From: Lytechinus pictus
Taxonomy: Eukaryota
DNA: 64,000 nucleotides
Direction: 5' to 3'
Assembly (NCBI RefSeq): GCF_037042905.1
Contig: NC_087245.1
Coordinates: 7,380,001-7,444,000, forward strand
Both the position numbers and the translations under genes were made by a program. Of the stretch, positions 61,868-64,000 are shown one piece after another. The notes under the pieces are model-generated. The model was not told the origin of the DNA and did not search any database. It saw nothing but the letters and a program-made list of their open reading frames with translations. Numbering within the stretch: position 1 is the stretch's first letter; each line of letters opens with the position of its first letter.

Positions 61868-63851
61868 CAGTGCGTATCAAAAAAAGTTTACACTTAGAAA
61901 AAATCCTACAAAATTATACATTTGTAATATCCTGAGAATTTTTCCACATTTTAACATTGGTACAGATCCATTTAAGCAAATGACGATATAACTGTCGAAA
62001 AATATTTCCGCTTGAGTGAGCACCACTTACTTTTGAAAAGTTAGTGAAAAATGATTTGCGCAGAACTTTTAAATAGTTATGCGAATAAAAGTAGACCTTA
62101 ATCATTAAGAACACATGGAATTTAGCTAGTAAAATTGATTTGAGATATCTTTTACCTTTTAAAACTGTTCCTTGCCCAGAACACTTCGAAGAGTGCATTG
62201 AGCCTCACCCCACTCCCCCACACACCGAGGCCATCGAGACGATATTTGCCTTACACTGAGCTGTGATTTACATGAAATGGCATAGGCTTGATTTTCATTT
62301 TGTTAATCATTGTCAAGCTTGGGAAAAGTGTGGAGAAACAAGTATTAAATGAAATATGAAATGTAAACCCACTTTAAATTATAACAAGTGGAACGCCTCT
62401 GGCAGTCTCGCCTGCATTACGCGAGTTAATATAGCAGCAGTGCTAACTTTGAAAACTACTATAAAATAATCATTCACAAAAACACCATTCATATAATGAC
62501 ATAATACCACGTTCATTGACCATAAATGACATTTGAACGGTGACTTAAGACTTGTCAACTACACCCATGTCCACATTTCATTCACTCTATCTATAAACTT
62601 TCAAAGTTATGATGGCAATCCAACAATTACCCCAACATGGCCTAAGTTTATTGACCTTAACTGACCTTTGACCTTGGTTTTGTGACCTGAAACTCACAGG
62701 GGATGTTCAGTGATACTTTATTACTCAGTTATATATCCCAAGTTTTATGAACTAGATCCATAAACTTTCAGAGTTAGGATGGTAATTTAACAAATACCCC
62801 CAACACGGCCAAAGTTCATTGACCTTAAATGACCATTGACCATGGTCATGTGACCTGAAACTCGCACAGGATATTCAGTGGTACCTGATTAACCTAATCA
62901 TATGTCCAAGTTTCATGAACTAGATCCATAAATTTTCAAAGTTATGATAATAATTCACCAAATACCCCCAACTTGACCAAAGTTCATTGACCCTAAATGA
63001 CCTTTGACCTGAAACTTGAGCAGGATGTTCACTAATACTTGATTAACCTTATGCCCAAGTTTCATGAACTATAGGTCCATATACTTTCTAAGTTATGATG
63101 TCATTTCAAAAACTTAACCTGAACAAGATTTTGAAAATAATTCTCCCAACATGGTCAAAGTTCATTGACCCTAAATGACCTCTGACCTTGGTCATGTGAT
63201 CTGAAACTCAGGCAGGATGTTCAGTAATACTTGATTAACCTTATGTTTAAGTTTCATGAACTAGGTCCATATACTTTCTAAGTTATGATGTCATTTCAAA
63301 AACTTAACCTTAGGTTAAGATTTGATGTTGACGCCGCCGCCGTCGGAAAAGCGGCGCCTATAGTCTCGCTCTGCTATGCAGGCGAGACAAAAACTTAGTG
63401 AAAAAATATTGGAGATGTCTGATATAAACTTTTGTTCAGATTCAGTTATGTCCTCAGAGTCAGCTGGCACAAAAAGGGTAATGGTTGTGCTTAATAAAAG
63501 TGTTGAAATGTCAATTTGGGTGGCAAAATTGTTAAAAAATGCTTGAATGTATCCGTTTTATTTCAATTGACTAAAAGTGCAAGGAAAATGTATGAGAAAT
63601 ATTTCGCAGGTAAGTTTGATTTCGGCCTTACCCCTTGACACAGCGTGAAAACGAGCATTTCTGCGAGCTTTACAAAAATGGGCAGTGCTCACTCAAGTGT
63701 AACATTCTGTCAAAACCTTTACTTTCATTGAATAGATGAGACCCAAACCCAAGATTAGGCCTATATGTGAAAAAATACCCACATGTTGTATATTTTTTTA
63801 ATTCCCATGCAGGGCTTTTTCAAAGTGTAAACTTTTTTTTTATACGCCCGG
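61868..63851. mobile_element. Tc1/mariner-like MITE split by an insertion
   Basis: TA-CAGTGCGTATCAAAAAAAGTTTACACT ... AGTGTAAACTTTTTTTTTATACGCCCGG-TA. Confidence 0.75.
62382..63391 (+). mobile_element. Helentron-associated (DINE/Tsp-like) non-autonomous element with internal tandem repeats
   Basis: Subterminal IR GTCTCGCCTGCAT / ATGCAGGCGAGAC; terminal stem-loop; A-rich ends; ~170-190-bp internal repeats with TGACCTT motifs. Confidence 0.7.
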
Positions 63852-64000
63852 TACTATAGCCTTCTTGTATCTCTAGCAATGAGCGGGAGAAGGAGCCTAA
63901 AGGGAACTTTTGGCAGCCGCACACCAAGCTAGGGCGGAAATTTTATGTGTGATCAATTTGAAAGAAAAAAAAAAGACGACTTCTAGCTCATACTTCGGTG

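Noticed and set aside
1..64000. tRNA, rRNA or snRNA genes; autonomous transposase ORFs
   Set aside because: None recognised by eye; a tRNAscan-SE/Infernal run is needed to exclude RNA genes formally

Overview
AT-rich, repeat-dense animal genomic DNA; the repeat families suggest an echinoderm, probably a sea urchin (inference). There are two host protein-coding genes, transcribed divergently, each with its whole CDS in one exon. One is a 9-finger C2H2 zinc-finger gene (minus, 5755-7233) with a probable non-coding first exon about 9 kb upstream. The other is hnRNP K (plus, 48798-50087). The rest is mostly transposon-derived: a young CR1 LINE with an intact ORF2, a 5'-truncated L1/Tx1 LINE with a 16-bp TSD, L2- and Rex/Babar-like relics, and many non-autonomous DNA elements (hAT-, Kolobok-, Harbinger-, Sola-, Tc1-, CACTA-, piggyBac- and Helentron-like), nested up to four deep. 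Highlights: (1) a 4.5-kb hAT-like element with a perfect 8-bp TSD encloses a CpG-rich promoter-like region and a candidate first exon, just upstream of the intronless hnRNP K CDS; (2) a ~144-nt G.U-rich, strand-specific RNA hairpin directly follows the L1/Tx1 stop codon; (3) the zinc-finger protein has four near-identical QSSH recognition helices predicted to read (NGA)n, and such repeats occur in its own intron and promoter. Boundaries were read by eye and may be off by a few bases; superfamily calls rest on TIR/TSD patterns only.
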